A stretch of DNA of 64,000 nt from Candidatus Omnitrophota bacterium (GCA_026387175.1 JAPLME010000011.1:1856-65855); one strand, 5' to 3'; positions 24,001 to 27,434 are shown, counted from the stretch's first letter. Notes: a model not told the origin generated them from the sequence alone. A program made the numbers and translations.

Positions 24001-25032
24001 GGTGTGAAGATGAAAGAGATAAGCAACACAGGTATATACGAATACGAGGTTACTGCCAAAGAAGATTGGGGAGCAGGCGAATTCACAGCCGCATGTTCGG
24101 AGAGCACCAAAAATTCCAAGGACAGCATGACCTTAACTATCAAGGCGCTATATACCGCTGGCGCGGGTGTGCAGGAATCCGTAGATGCCGTCGGTGATGC
24201 TGTGTCGAAAGTCTATACGAGGCAGAAAGCTATCGAAGGGTTGCTGGGAAGTTCAGTCGATACGAAGGCCGCCACCACTATATTCGGAAAGGTTAACGGC
24301 CTTAACACTACCGTGGACAGCCTGAACCTTACCACGGTCTCCGCGGACGCGAAGAACGCCAGGACGAACGCGCAGAATGTCGCTAATGAGATCGAAAATA
24401 TAGTTAAGAGCGTGGGTGATATGAAGGCTCAAGCCGCGTCGCTGAAGGAGCTGTCGAACCAGCTCGAACTTATGAAGAGCAGCCTCAGTAAGATATCCCA
24501 GAACACCACCGTGATAACTTCAACCCCTGCCGCTCCCGCGACCACATCATTCGATGGCGGCGCCACTACAGCATCTTCCGGCGGCGGCACCGCTACAGCG
24601 GTATCCGGCGGCACCACTACTATAATCGCGAGCACGGCCGCCCCGGTGAGTACGACAGAGAGCGGTTCGATCATTATGCAGGGCACGCCGGGCGCGCCGC
24701 GGCCGGGTCTTTATTCCAAAAATTATCCGCCCGGCACTTATCGCACGAAGGTCTCTGTCAGCGAGGGCGCGGTCACGGTCGCGGAGTATAATGACGCGGG
24801 AAGCGTTTACAGCACAGAGCGTCGTATATACGACGGACAGAGCACGGTCGTTGTCTCGACTATAGGGAAGGCCACCGGCACGGGTACGGGCGCCGGCGGC
24901 AAGTCCGCTTCGGACATGACTAATCTTAACAACAGGGTAGAGGAGCTGACCGCGCTGGTTAAAGTTTTGACCAAGATGATTGAAACCACGAATAATAAAC
25001 CGATCGTCGAGGGCTGGTTCGAGCAAGGGTAA
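1..25032 (+). CDS. Giant repetitive extracellular-type protein, 5'-partial (more than 8,303 aa in window). It contains PATR-like beta-helix segments, six Asp-box-like beta-propeller arrays, Ig-like domain arrays and a coiled-coil tail
   Basis: Frame 1 is open from base 1 (HNWFNGTAGNVYWTNASGDGKWSTAANWSTG...) with no stop until TAA at 25030-25032. The track's Met at 121 is internal, not the real start. The codon periodicity of the repeats is conserved. All antisense and off-frame ORFs inside are short. Composition is N/T/S/G-rich, with conserved Cys (KACPS, CPAPKL, DWCPE) pointing to an exported protein. Confidence 0.85.
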   Translation, partial: HNWFNGTAGNVYWTNASGDGKWSTAANWSTGVIPQTTDSVVFNATSTTNCSVNQAATVTNLTLDTGYTGTVTLGATSGQDLTVTNSIAINTNGGILVDNGRVVNFKNVAIVSESNHLNSTGNWKQTASGNISAYYPEAFNSLELASGVTATLTNSISVRKVILGSNATITGNTSYRLWISPTADNFITQGTGSNISLPIHITGITSNINQGALNVSGAVFLRDSNNKILTMTGDWNIGTLTIWGTNATGSVVTIDTNGNNLTITGDLAISNGAVNYANQQLGKILFKTGNHTITGDVYILGQGQYTHGYIDFGSSTVNVGGNLDFRYASVTPGTSTVNLTGATTANIYSIVDYTYKDATLDNAVLNTAPFYKLTSTVAGKTVKFEAGKTVTIANNLNLAGTGTGINLLTLNSTTSGTAAKLNVASGATVTGMNYLSVKDSDASSGKGIVASNSTNVSNNTNWFFGAAGSNYWVNNSGDGKWSTAANWSTGSVPTSADNVVLNSASASNCSFDTGVANTTVASLTLDTGYTGTLTLAQGITVTGTLKVTQGTFDAATYNVNAANFTSTGILARTLNLGTGSTWTISGNWDSSGGNITVNPGTSTVTLTGDGTVKACPSVTTFYNLSAAASGMTTTIARDPSKNMWVAGGWGVNNYFAYSSDGITWTGLGTNTCLTTVHNICGNGSKFVAVGTGPSSIAYSTNGITWTGLGTSIFSGNGAFGVCWNGSKFVAVGHGANTIAYSYDGIAWAAAPGSTNIFSINANGADICWNGSKFVAVGDGTNTIAYSSDGINWTGLGTSIFSSYGKSVAWNGTRFIATGSGNSTLAYSSDGITWVGLGTSIFSSYGWGVAWNGTRIIATGAGTNTIAYSSDGITWVGLGSSIFITFGGGICWNGSKFVAGGQSPGSAYSTDGITWTSGGVPMAVGYGVCSIPAPKLVPPILSDDIKVSNNLTLGGGTLTRNGTDQIALTLTSATPTVTLGGSTISSGTIIRYAPAAGSGATTVTIPGGAYSGAKIEAYTKLNYSVAQPQGAVTYQLGGSITSLANLNIYADVGLPATTFSLVNGSNNYNLTSNSLTLGKDEVTNGSVTFNSGSGTVALPSLTNLVPSTNNSGLHTLNLNTSTWNVAGDWDTSGNNIILNPSTSTVNLTDNGILKTNPSTTSFYNLSCAVTGKTTTVARDPSKNMWVAAGEGTNSLAYSSDGITWVGLGTSILSYRGRGVAWNGTRFVATGAGADSLAYSSNGINWTGLGSSIFSGTGRYVAWNGTRFVTVGTGANSIAYSSDGTNWTGVTTTSIFSAYGYGIAWNGTRFVATGSGTNNSIAYSFDGITWTGLGTSIFSSSGTGIAWNGTRFVAVGSGTNSITYSSDGITWTGLGKSIFSVNGYDVAWNGTRFVTVGTGTNCIAYSSDGITWTGLGTSVFSSYGYSIGSCPAPKLTPPVLSDDIPVLNTLTLGGGTLTRNGTDQVALTLRKDTGNFLVLNNSTISNNAIIRFAPLANASSPKTVSIPGGDYGTAQVEAYVQTNNAVAQPQGAISYQLAGNIAGANSLNIYADSNLSTTFGLNSYNLYTATPGLLYLGKDCAQGAVTFNSGAGAVTLAATPLSSIVADNAGSHTLNMNSSTWNISGDWCPEGLTSGTSSSLSVAPSTSTVNITGTGTTTIYGSKTATPSTPFNNLYTPVGGLTDKTIKVNAGSTLQIAGILGLRGQGESSPLNFQSTTAGTAANLNVLGSTANMQYLNVTDSNASGGKKILACSSTIDTYSLNHNWVNGIVGNVYWTNASGDGLWSTAANWSTGAVPVSTDSVVFNATSTTPCSVNQAATVTNLTMDTGYTGTVTLSATSGQDLTVTGSITISTNSGTLVDNGRTVNFKNVSIAYENTPVHLTSTGNWKMISSGTIFGPQDSSKINSLELAAGVTANLLTNCTVNIRNLILGNNSVLTGYYMIIVPTTNNFITQGTGATISATLEICPGDMNQGALTTSGPVKITWGANRTLTMTGDWNIGGYLMVFGSSSFGTTGMMTLDTNGKNLTVGGDLQLGNSDSSYANDFLGKILFKNGTHTIGGKIFVMNGNTPSTCYTHGYFDFGQSTVNVGGNLDFRCASVTPGTSTVNLTGTTAATIYSIVDYAYKDTILDTPVLNTAPFYNLASSAASKIIKFEAGKTVTVANNLSLAGASGNLLTLNSTTAGTAANLNILGTATGMNYLSVKDSNASGGKGIITYNSTNVSNNTNWFFGTAGNNYWLNASGDGLWSTPANWSTGIVPVSGDNVYFNTTSTSDCSFDTGATNTTVASLTLDTNYTGTLTLAQGITVTGTLKVTQGTFDAATYNVNAANFTSTGALARTLNLGTGSTWTIAGNWDSSGGNITVNPGTSTVTLTGTGTVKACPSVTTFYNLSAAASGKTTTIARDPSKNIWVATGVGANTLAYSSDGTNWTGLGSSIFSGNGYGAAWNGTHFVATGYGTNSLAHSYDGIIWTGLGTSIFSTQGLGICWNGTKFVAVGEGTNTIAYSSNGITWTGLSSSIFSVFGDGVAWNGTRFVAVGYGTNSITYSPDGITWTGVTGKSIFSDYGMNIAWNGTRFVAVGQGTNSLAYSSDGIIWIGLGTSIFSTSGRGVAWNGTRFVAVGWGTNSIAYSSDGITWTGLGYSGLSSHGNSVAWNGTSFVAIGLGTNNIAYSSDGITWTGVTGTSIFSVNGVGVASCLAPKLTPPILSDGIKITNGLTLNGGTLTRNSTDQVALSLTSNTPTLTLGSSTISNSAIIRYAPVATSGATTVTIPGGAYSGAKIEAYSKTNYGVTQPQGSITYKLGGSITSAANLNIYADVGLPSTTFSLVNGASNYNLTSTSLTIGKDEVTNGTITFNSGSGTVALASLTNLVPSTNNSGLHTLNLNTSTWNVAGDWDTSGNNIILNPSTSTVNLTGSGTLKTSPNTTSFYNLSCAASGKTTTVARDPSKNIWVAAGQGTNSLAYSYDGINWVGLGINIFAINGYGACWNGSKFIVVGQGTNTLAYSSDGINWTGLGTSIFSTRGYGIAWNGTRFVAGGGGVNFLAYSSDGTTWTGLGTSVFSTAGYGVAWNGTCFVSVGSGTNSIAYSSDGITWTGLGTSVFSTAGNGVAWNGTRFVAVGYGTTSPGTNSIAYSSDGITWTGLGTSIFSTGIGYGVAWNGTRFIATGGGTNSLGYSSDGIIWTGQAVFLSQGNGVCWNGSKFVAVGYAGGTNSIAYSSDGIIWTGLGSSIFSYYGRSVCSSSAPKLTPPILSDDIPVLNTLTLGGGTLTRNGTDQVALTLRKDTGNFLVLNNSTISNNAIIRFAPLANATSAKTVSIPGGDYGTAQLEAYVQTNNAVDQPQGPISYQLAGNIAGANSLNIYADSNLSTTFGLNSYNLYTATPGLLYLGKDCARGAVTFNSGAGAVTLAATPLSSIVADNAGAHTLNMNSSTWNISGDWCPESQTSGTSSALSVVPGTSTVNITGTGATTIYGSKTATPSTPLYNLYTPSGGLVDKVIKVNAGSTLQIAGTLRLQGQNSGSPLYFQSTALGTPASLNLQGSAVSMQYLVVKDSDATSGKKILAYDSTIDTYSLNHNWIGGTVGIVYWTNASGDGLWSTAANWSTGAVPVSTDSVIFNVVSGSSPTSNCSVNQAVTVANLTLDTGYTGTVILSSTSGQDLTVTGSININTNGGALNDNGRNVNFVNASIVNEGNRLYSNGNWKMTANGNIKNANGGNIFNKTFEVGAGVTATLTSDIWTKGLILGNNAVVTGGSTIVFYYPPNDFIAQGAGSVISSTIDIDLSGNRSQGALTTTSSVNFYWHTATLTMTDNWHIGGYLSIYSGSSGATAILDTNGKNLTVDGNLYLGNTVYYGQILFKTGTHTIGGNMYVNQSGSPSHGYFDFGSSTVNVAGNVDFRYASVKPGTSTIVFTGTNAATIRALTSDDTSFDALSLNNTAPFYKLTSTVAGKTINFEAGKTVTVANNLTLAGTGMGANLLTLNSTVAGTTANLNVAGTATGMNYLSVKDSDASIGKGIVAYNSTNVSNNTNWYFGASGNNYWLNASGDGKWSTPTNWSTGIVPTLGDNVYFNTTSTSNCSFDTGVVNTSVNSLTLDTGYTGTLTLAKNITVTTALTVTQGTFNAATYNVNAANFTSTGALARALNLGTGSIWTISGNWDSSGGNITVNPGTSTVTLTGDGTVKACPSVTTFYNLSAAASGKTTTIARDPSKNIWVAGGYNPNSAAYSVNEGVNWTKSSSLASILDQACQGIAWNGTRFVAMGSTSNSIAYSSDGVTWIAAPNSKNIFSTRGYGIAWNGTRWVGVGGGINSIAYSSDGIIWTGLGTISTNIFSIYGTNIAWNGNRFVAVGNGTNNTLAYSSDGITWTGLGTSVFSSNGRGLAWNGTRFVATGSGTNSIAYSSDGINWIGLGTSVFSNNGTSVAWNGTRFVATGSGTNSIAYSSDGINWTGLGTVSTNIFSIYGTNIAWNGNRFVAVGYSGGGTSVAYSSDGIIWTAATVSGIFSGDGYAIASSPAPKLTPPILSDDIKVSNALTLGGGTLTRNGTDVVALTLTSATPTVTLGGSTISNNAIIRYAPVAGASDTIVNIPGGAYSGARIEAYTKRNGSITQPQGALTYRLGGSITSAASLNIYADVGLPATIFNLYDGSNSYNLASSGLILGKDEVTNGNITLNSGTGTVALNSLTGLVPSTNNSGSHILNLNSSTWNVAGDWDTSGNNIVLNPGTSTVNLTDTGTIKTSPNTTSFYNLSAAANGKTTTVARDPSKNIWVAVGNGANTIAYSSDGITWTGLGAGILSSYSYGVCWNGSKFVAVGQGTNSIAYSSDGIIWTGVTVHSVFSTNGRGVCWNGSKFVAVGQGTNSIAYSSDGIIWTGLGTSIFSYGYNVCWNGSKFVAVGGSINSIAYSSDGIIWTGLGAGIFSPYSHGVCWNGSKFVAVGEGNNTIAYSSDGITWTGLGYSIFSPYGHGIAWNGSKFVAVGGSINSIAYSSDGITWTGLGTSSFLYGRGVCSILTPKLTPPVLSDDIPVLNTLILGGGTLTRNGTDQVALTLRNNDSDSLALNSSTISNNAIIRFAPPAPGAMDGVAEPITVTIPAGNYGTAQVEAYAQFNNSVDQPQGVISYKLAGDITAAGSLNIYADAGLPATTFSLNDGANNYNLYSSTPGLIYLGKDCAQGAVTFNSGSGTVNVTSFGIIPNNAGSHTVNLNSSTWNISGDWQPEGEGNSASNLNAGTSTFHYIGTGAATLYGLKSGPNINTMPFYNLTSTAAGKTLNFEAGKTVKIANNISLTGGSSKMLLRSTSTGSYWNINVAPAATATFMSYLDVKDSDASSGNTIAATACIGSTQHNLNWTFSTGGAAIWIADGAKNWSDATAWSTVSVPTTTGTAEILFTGDHKGACTINAAANVKSINILSGYTGTITQAGTVTAGSGGYAQADGVFNCGGQAVNVNGPFTLSGGTFDAANSTIAITGGNINLSGGAFAPVASTVTLSGTCAINSDIPALNIMTFNPGTYTIAAGKTISAPANSLLSFAGTGTSNMVTLRSSAPGTRWNLANASGSTVTPVYTDVMDSNASNLISAANSKDSGNNINWVCTGTLTNASVLPASLVAGVSGNVTVNFTTVNPIPNNGKIVVTLPSNFTFNSGGATAVSGAPTGIDGNFSVSVEGPSAIITRSGGTSAGAGAKSIILTNIKNPTAPCTTGTYSIATRTSADASIDSLTGIAGSVITAASVTSWDLNMNAGTLTLNFNAGITAASLAATGITIQNTIASPSASYTLTDSTTASSNGTAITITLSDTDRNTIKATANLAKAQNSSCLSITSAAFMDLYNNPITAITGSLAMNVTNYTTDITAPGLSSWTLDMNTHMVEMTFNEPVAISSFDQTKFTIQDDSGHAYTLAASNNTYIEDPYDNMLAGGYAIGSTNNMKLRIKLTTKDFNALVDDANIAKARSSSYLVIATESGVRDKATLANALAAIPATNAASYTANSVVAAQFYVTTSSYATATTLTAGTFKDIVIKAYDNLGYRTPAYTGDKTVVFSDAGLSADQIAPKAKDKNNVSIVFGTGTTIAFTNGRGTSTITLYKKEVVLIKATVGAITTADNYSLTVTVNPDVKAKLVFTTQPSATGIINSALTQQPVVVIRDQYGNRTADTDEIQINASTAGIFFNPAAGTLSATSNPLAAVDGEAVFAGVKYNIAETIYIYASSGNLAGAYSGAIELSSGVSTTVEAAAQPQASFPLIPTNDIETEKFTVLKFKIKDAGDDGTPTLIDRIKIAITGTAQPSASTDIAWAELRANNGGDHQVTFVAGPSGFEVDGSTTYIVFGNEPDARSDSTLGAIAADGTIPDGGEIEYTVKIYMKPSKLTATDKQGYNFTTNESLIGVDMGVSSRMTTDSGKITPVVGQITVNVSNFEIVDQTPPNNAAINVIAGIASYLQVRATDSNKNIDIDYAGVKSLIFSGLSSINGYTPTIGTTTKVTFGAPTSINFVAGQSYNLTGTAVALTAYAKGTENLRAADYNKTPPPYGVFPCAVTVDSTTANSIGLAAGNNQSGLGGRALSNPLAAIVRDLYGNPVNSGTAVTFAVSSEPAGTTTHAGLDTPTTSTGSNGQASTHLTLGNAKGTYQVTATSGSLAGSPVTFSASARVPATLYIFGGNHQSAVVATQLPLALVVQLLDSETIPQPIAGETINFAIKAQPTGAGSFLSSSTAVTDAEGKAQVPQILFTLGMIAGTDAYEVRATYSNLTPADFTATAAPSPAYKAVLDGPASVNAGIVATFSINIKDTYDNASTIATTPMAFNITATPSLGAFYSDAACTSAPITTMTVPGGSSTATFYFKSSVTGTANIAATTTDVRLDADHRVGSITGFTVMPESLHHFTVTAANTDPMTVGEPRTLSIKARDIYDNVKTDLNATFNVTFSGATVSPSPSSAALGTAPTCSGHGSEAVGANITGTPVAFGQSTSISFANGAATTIFTPYKAEAAQITATSGITTPTPLSLTVKHGAAHHLKFHDNILSPQTAGTAFNFDTTLDAVDLYSNICDGANLAPAYNGTGKTIGWPLVDAATGNSGIVNGPETGTDAYTNPVDFTSGRSTTPLSATLYYAQTIKIAPSVTGLSAGTPSNSIVVRPAVPNRIRFTQQPSTSCLANQTLGQQPCVAISDQYGNICVNTPGQITLKASTTRDSYTSVINGVLRPASGLFVATSGGVATFTGVNYTYPEIIYLRAQASVSGYPYIADIYSNGINVVAGTDLTVSAVSANPTVSSIANASTDKTAVFAFKITDAGTDGLVGLIKKIVINRSDAYEALDWTQYIKDAVLSDGTVEIAGAIEANAITFGTGTANIYTVPNNANRTYTLSITIKNSLPAGADGKILGFTINARDDITLNDAGTSVFADVVDPVTAGSAIDVVATNLVINGDSNMDAGTPKNITITAKDKNNNIDKDFDDHGVGTRVIFSGASVVQSDRDYGPTCTDYTGSGKAFGEPTSIYFASGVSTSTITMYLYKAETATILASAAYLGHQVVSSSTGQGRLMVTVRGGTGSQLSWSTKPAVKAVADAPWKAFIVAVIDAYGNTASDDREITVSIPDGLSLSPGASNKATANGGVATFDHYAVRAPADAAYPKYFTVTASAGGISTPESDQVTLDKEYKIYITVKDTTNATTLTGFTFTVKDTNGVDKIPETTPAPPYPFMISLPYGTYTFIYNLDKYVTLSPEKAVSVASDASDGKYDNVINWTEYMTSLTEATADYRVMSSFAYDEDNESLAIRIWLERRGKLIVNNDVNKMGPATIEAYEPNETALNVINIGAPDPNPDSDGNYSTIGATYKTTVDNILLSKGPSNLFGKALEAGKTYFVKCKISYGGLGTDGVYGSTYEGGTTFTVTVSQKLTKQIITQLGVAAGQTVVGEIAKTQTAVAAVSTRVDTKAAEVGAKVETVGTQVAAANANVSNVGSQVTNVQSSAASILEGVNTTLPTKVVSELAKGVMSEMLTRNTVLRADDSIKIRYRTASGLVPTMTIYKEDGTILPDYNGVKMKEISNTGIYEYEVTAKEDWGAGEFTAACSESTKNSKDSMTLTIKALYTAGAGVQESVDAVGDAVSKVYTRQKAIEGLLGSSVDTKAATTIFGKVNGLNTTVDSLNLTTVSADAKNARTNAQNVANEIENIVKSVGDMKAQAASLKELSNQLELMKSSLSKISQNTTVITSTPAAPATTSFDGGATTASSGGGTATAVSGGTTTIIASTAAPVSTTESGSIIMQGTPGAPRPGLYSKNYPPGTYRTKVSVSEGAVTVAEYNDAGSVYSTERRIYDGQSTVVVSTIGKATGTGTGAGGKSASDMTNLNNRVEELTALVKVLTKMIETTNNKPIVEGWFEQG
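1921..2785 (+). repeat. Propeller-like blade array 1a, about 7 blades of 42 aa (approximate bounds)
   Basis: Repeated blocks of the form IAYSSDGITWTGLGTSIFS..G.GVAWNGTRFVAVG.GTNS. The array ends at a conserved C-PAPKL-PP linker. Confidence 0.6.
3541..4285 (+). repeat. Propeller-like blade array 1b (approximate bounds)
   Basis: Same 42-aa blade periodicity. The array is preceded by the TTTVARDPSKNMWVA motif and ends at SCPAPKLTPP. Confidence 0.6.
7210..8075 (+). repeat. Propeller-like blade array 2a (approximate bounds)
   Basis: Same blade repeat family. Confidence 0.6.
8825..9705 (+). repeat. Propeller-like blade array 2b (approximate bounds)
   Basis: Same blade repeat family. Confidence 0.6.
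12601..13500 (+). repeat. Propeller-like blade array 3a (approximate bounds)
   Basis: Same blade repeat family. Confidence 0.6.
14255..14985 (+). repeat. Propeller-like blade array 3b (approximate bounds)
   Basis: Same blade repeat family. It contains near-identical consecutive blades (CWNGSKFVAVGQGTNSIAYSSDGIIWTG occurs twice). Confidence 0.6.
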
Positions 25033-25053
25033 TCTAAAAACGAGGATTTATAT

Positions 25054-26415
25054 ATGACAAGACGAAGAATGAAAATCATAGGCATATTATTGCTGCTTAT
25101 TTTCATCTCAAGCGCGGGTTACGCGGATGTTAAGCTGAAGATAGCCATTGTCAACCCATCCCCGACAGATAGACAGACCTCACCCATAAGGTACGACCTT
25201 CCTAAGGGTATCGGCCCGGAACAGGTTATCGATATAGGCAAGCTGGAGATGAAATATGATTTTGACAAGGGCAATTATTACCTTGCCGGCACCGTGACGC
25301 TCGAAGCGTCGGAGAGGAAGGTCCTCGAGATAGCGATCCGCGATGTCTGGGGCATCCCGGAAAAAGACCTGGATAATTTAAAGAGCCACACGGATATGTT
25401 GGTGAAAAGGCTGAAGGATACAAAGCATTTCAAAGCCGGCGCCGAACTCTCTAAAAATATTATCAAACAGCTGGACACCATGATCACGGAAGAGAAAACG
25501 GCCGGCGCGAATACGCGGGAGCGTATAAACCAGTACTATGAGAATGAGGTGGTCCTGAGCGAGGTCAAAGAAAATATAGGCATGCTCGAAAACCTGGTCC
25601 TTGACGCGGGCGGCGTCGTAGAGGACAGGGTCCAGATACCTACCACCCTCGCGATTCCTTTAAGGGGGGAATCTCTCTCGAGCGACAAAGATATTATCGA
25701 ATTAAAAATAAAGGCGGTTAACCCATCGACAAAAACAAAACAGATCACGCCGGTAAGATATTCCCTGCCGGCCGAAATAAGCCCCAGATATATAATGGAC
25801 AGAAACGGCCTTAATATGGCCTACGATTTTGATAAACAATGCTTTTACCTTTACCAGGACGATTTGGAGCTGGGCCCGGAGCAGTCCAAGGAGTATGTAG
25901 TAAAGATAAGAGACATATGGAATATATCAGATACAGAATTGGAAGCGCTCAGGTCGCATACCGATAATATAATGCTGCTTCTCCAGGGCACCGACTATTT
26001 AAAGCAAGCGCAGGTCTCCGCGGATAAGGTCAGCGCCAATATTGACGATATAGTCAGGACTCAAGCCGCCAAGGTTTCGGCCATGGAACATATAGCCTAT
26101 TACCGCGATAATGTAAAGTTACTGCGGGACGTTAAAAAGATGATAGCCGAACTGGAAAAGCTTGTCAGCCAGAGAGGTGTGACTGCCGGCGTTACGGTGA
26201 AGTGGCCGGAAGAAGGCGGAGGAGGGCCGCTGGCAAGAAGGGCCAAGGGCTATAAAGGGTTGGACCTGATAGCTAAATCCATCTTCAGGGGGCAGGCCCC
26301 TACGGTTGCCACCACCTGGAAGGTAATTTTTGTAATAATCGGTTTCATAGGAATTATTGCCGCATTTTTCTTCGCGGTATGGTATATTCAACTGAAGAGG
26401 GCGGGGAAGAAATAA
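25054..26415 (+). CDS. Hypothetical exported, membrane-anchored protein with an internal tandem duplication of about 200 aa (453 aa)
   Basis: GAGG RBS 8 nt upstream. It lies 22 nt after the giant ORF stop. N-terminal signal peptide (MTRRRMKIIGILLLLIFISSAGYA) and C-terminal TM (VIFVIIGFIGIIAAFFFAVWYI + RAGKK). The two halves align (DVKLKIAIVNPSPTDRQTSPIRYDLP versus IELKIKAVNPSTKTKQITPVRYSLP; LDNLKSHTD versus LEALRSHTD). Confidence 0.6.
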   Translation: MTRRRMKIIGILLLLIFISSAGYADVKLKIAIVNPSPTDRQTSPIRYDLPKGIGPEQVIDIGKLEMKYDFDKGNYYLAGTVTLEASERKVLEIAIRDVWGIPEKDLDNLKSHTDMLVKRLKDTKHFKAGAELSKNIIKQLDTMITEEKTAGANTRERINQYYENEVVLSEVKENIGMLENLVLDAGGVVEDRVQIPTTLAIPLRGESLSSDKDIIELKIKAVNPSTKTKQITPVRYSLPAEISPRYIMDRNGLNMAYDFDKQCFYLYQDDLELGPEQSKEYVVKIRDIWNISDTELEALRSHTDNIMLLLQGTDYLKQAQVSADKVSANIDDIVRTQAAKVSAMEHIAYYRDNVKLLRDVKKMIAELEKLVSQRGVTAGVTVKWPEEGGGGPLARRAKGYKGLDLIAKSIFRGQAPTVATTWKVIFVIIGFIGIIAAFFFAVWYIQLKRAGKK

Positions 26416-26426
26416 TAAAGGCTGTA

Positions 26427-26660
26427 ATGTTTAAAGCCACAATCGTAACTCCCAATAAAGTATTGTTCGATGGTGAGGCCTGGAGCGTTTTTTTGCCCGG
26501 GGCTACCGGTGAGTTTGAAATTCTGGAGATGCATAAGGCGATCGTGAGCCTTTTGCGTCAGGGAAATATTGTGATTAACTGGGATATAGAGATACCGGTA
26601 ACCAGCGGCGCGGTCAGGATGTCCGGCGATGAGCTGGTGGCGATAGTAGAGTCAGATTAG
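26427..26660 (+). CDS. atpC: F-type ATP synthase epsilon-like subunit, N-terminal beta-sandwich domain only (77 aa)
   Basis: MFKATIVTPNKVLFDGEAWSVFLPGATGEFEILEMHKAIVSLL matches the epsilon N-domain pattern (GEA..V.LPG..GEFGIL.GH). The start was moved from the track's 26379 to the ATG at 26427 to avoid overlapping the upstream gene. The protein lacks the C-terminal helical hairpin. Confidence 0.55.
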   Translation: MFKATIVTPNKVLFDGEAWSVFLPGATGEFEILEMHKAIVSLLRQGNIVINWDIEIPVTSGAVRMSGDELVAIVESD

Positions 26661-26662
26661 AG

Positions 26663-26689
26663 CAGCTTTCAGCAAAAAACTGATAGCTG
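26663..26689 (+). promoter_or_regulatory. Intergenic RNA stem-loop (10-bp stem with one mismatch, 7-nt A-rich loop) between atpC and atpF
   Basis: cagctttcag-caaaaaa-ctgatagctg. The same motif recurs after atpD. Confidence 0.35.
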
Positions 26690-26705
26690 TAACAAGGAGT
26701 CATAA

Positions 26706-27422
26706 ATGGTATTCCAACTAGTCGTAGTCCAGATAGTGACCTTCATCGCTATCGTCTTTGTGTTGAGGAAATTGTTATATTCCGAATCCGCCAAAGAGAT
26801 GCTCCGCTTGCGGAAGATCAAGGAAGAGACCGCGGTGAAGCAGAGAGAGCTGCAGCAAAAGATCGACGAAGCGCAGGATGCTTACAGCGAAAAGATCGCC
26901 GAAGCGGAACAGAAGACGCGGGCATTCCGTATTAAAGCGGAAGAAGAGATCGAGGAATTAAAGAAGAAGATATTGAGCAAGGCCAAAGAGGATGCCGAGC
27001 AGATAGTGAAATCCGCTTTCAATGCCAAAGAGAAGATCCGCGAAGAGATCGGCGAAGAGATGCGTAAGAAGGCGCCTCTCCTTGCCTCGCGGGTTTTTAA
27101 GGAAGTCCTTTCTCCGGAGGTCCAGGAGATGATGCATAAGGAATTAGTCAGGGATGTGATAGATAAGATAAGGAATACCGAGAAGACGGCCTTTAAGTCC
27201 AAAATCGAGAAGGGGGAGATCGTTTCGGCGTATCCTTTATCGAAAAACGATAAGCTCGTGGTGGAGTCTCTTATACACGATAGCCTCGGATACCAGATCC
27301 CTTTATATGAAACAGAAGACAGCCAGCTTGTAGCGGGCGTCCTTATCAAGCTGGGCACCATTTTAATAGACGGGAGCCTGAATAACAGGCTTAAACAGGT
27401 CGAGAGGGAGTTGGAATTTTAG
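26706..27422 (+). CDS. atpF: ATP synthase subunit b-like (N-terminal TM plus charged coiled coil) with a delta/OSCP-like C-terminus
   Basis: AAGGAG RBS. TM MVFQLVVVQIVTFIAIVFVL followed by a long E/K-rich helix. The C-terminus AGVLIKLGTILIDGSLNNRLKQVEREL resembles the delta C-terminal motif (G.....G....DGS....L). Confidence 0.55.
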   Translation: MVFQLVVVQIVTFIAIVFVLRKLLYSESAKEMLRLRKIKEETAVKQRELQQKIDEAQDAYSEKIAEAEQKTRAFRIKAEEEIEELKKKILSKAKEDAEQIVKSAFNAKEKIREEIGEEMRKKAPLLASRVFKEVLSPEVQEMMHKELVRDVIDKIRNTEKTAFKSKIEKGEIVSAYPLSKNDKLVVESLIHDSLGYQIPLYETEDSQLVAGVLIKLGTILIDGSLNNRLKQVERELEF

Positions 27423-27434
27423 AGAGGCGCTGAT

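Noticed and set aside
597-24686. Many 60-200-aa minus-strand ORFs tiled along the giant gene (for example 597-824, 5811-6200, 16638-17243, 20158-20751, 20553-20993, 21831-22229, 24547-25026)
   Set aside because: These are shadow ORFs on the antisense strand of a repetitive coding region. Several recur at the super-repeat period, as expected for antisense frames of repeats, and none has an RBS or domain similarity.
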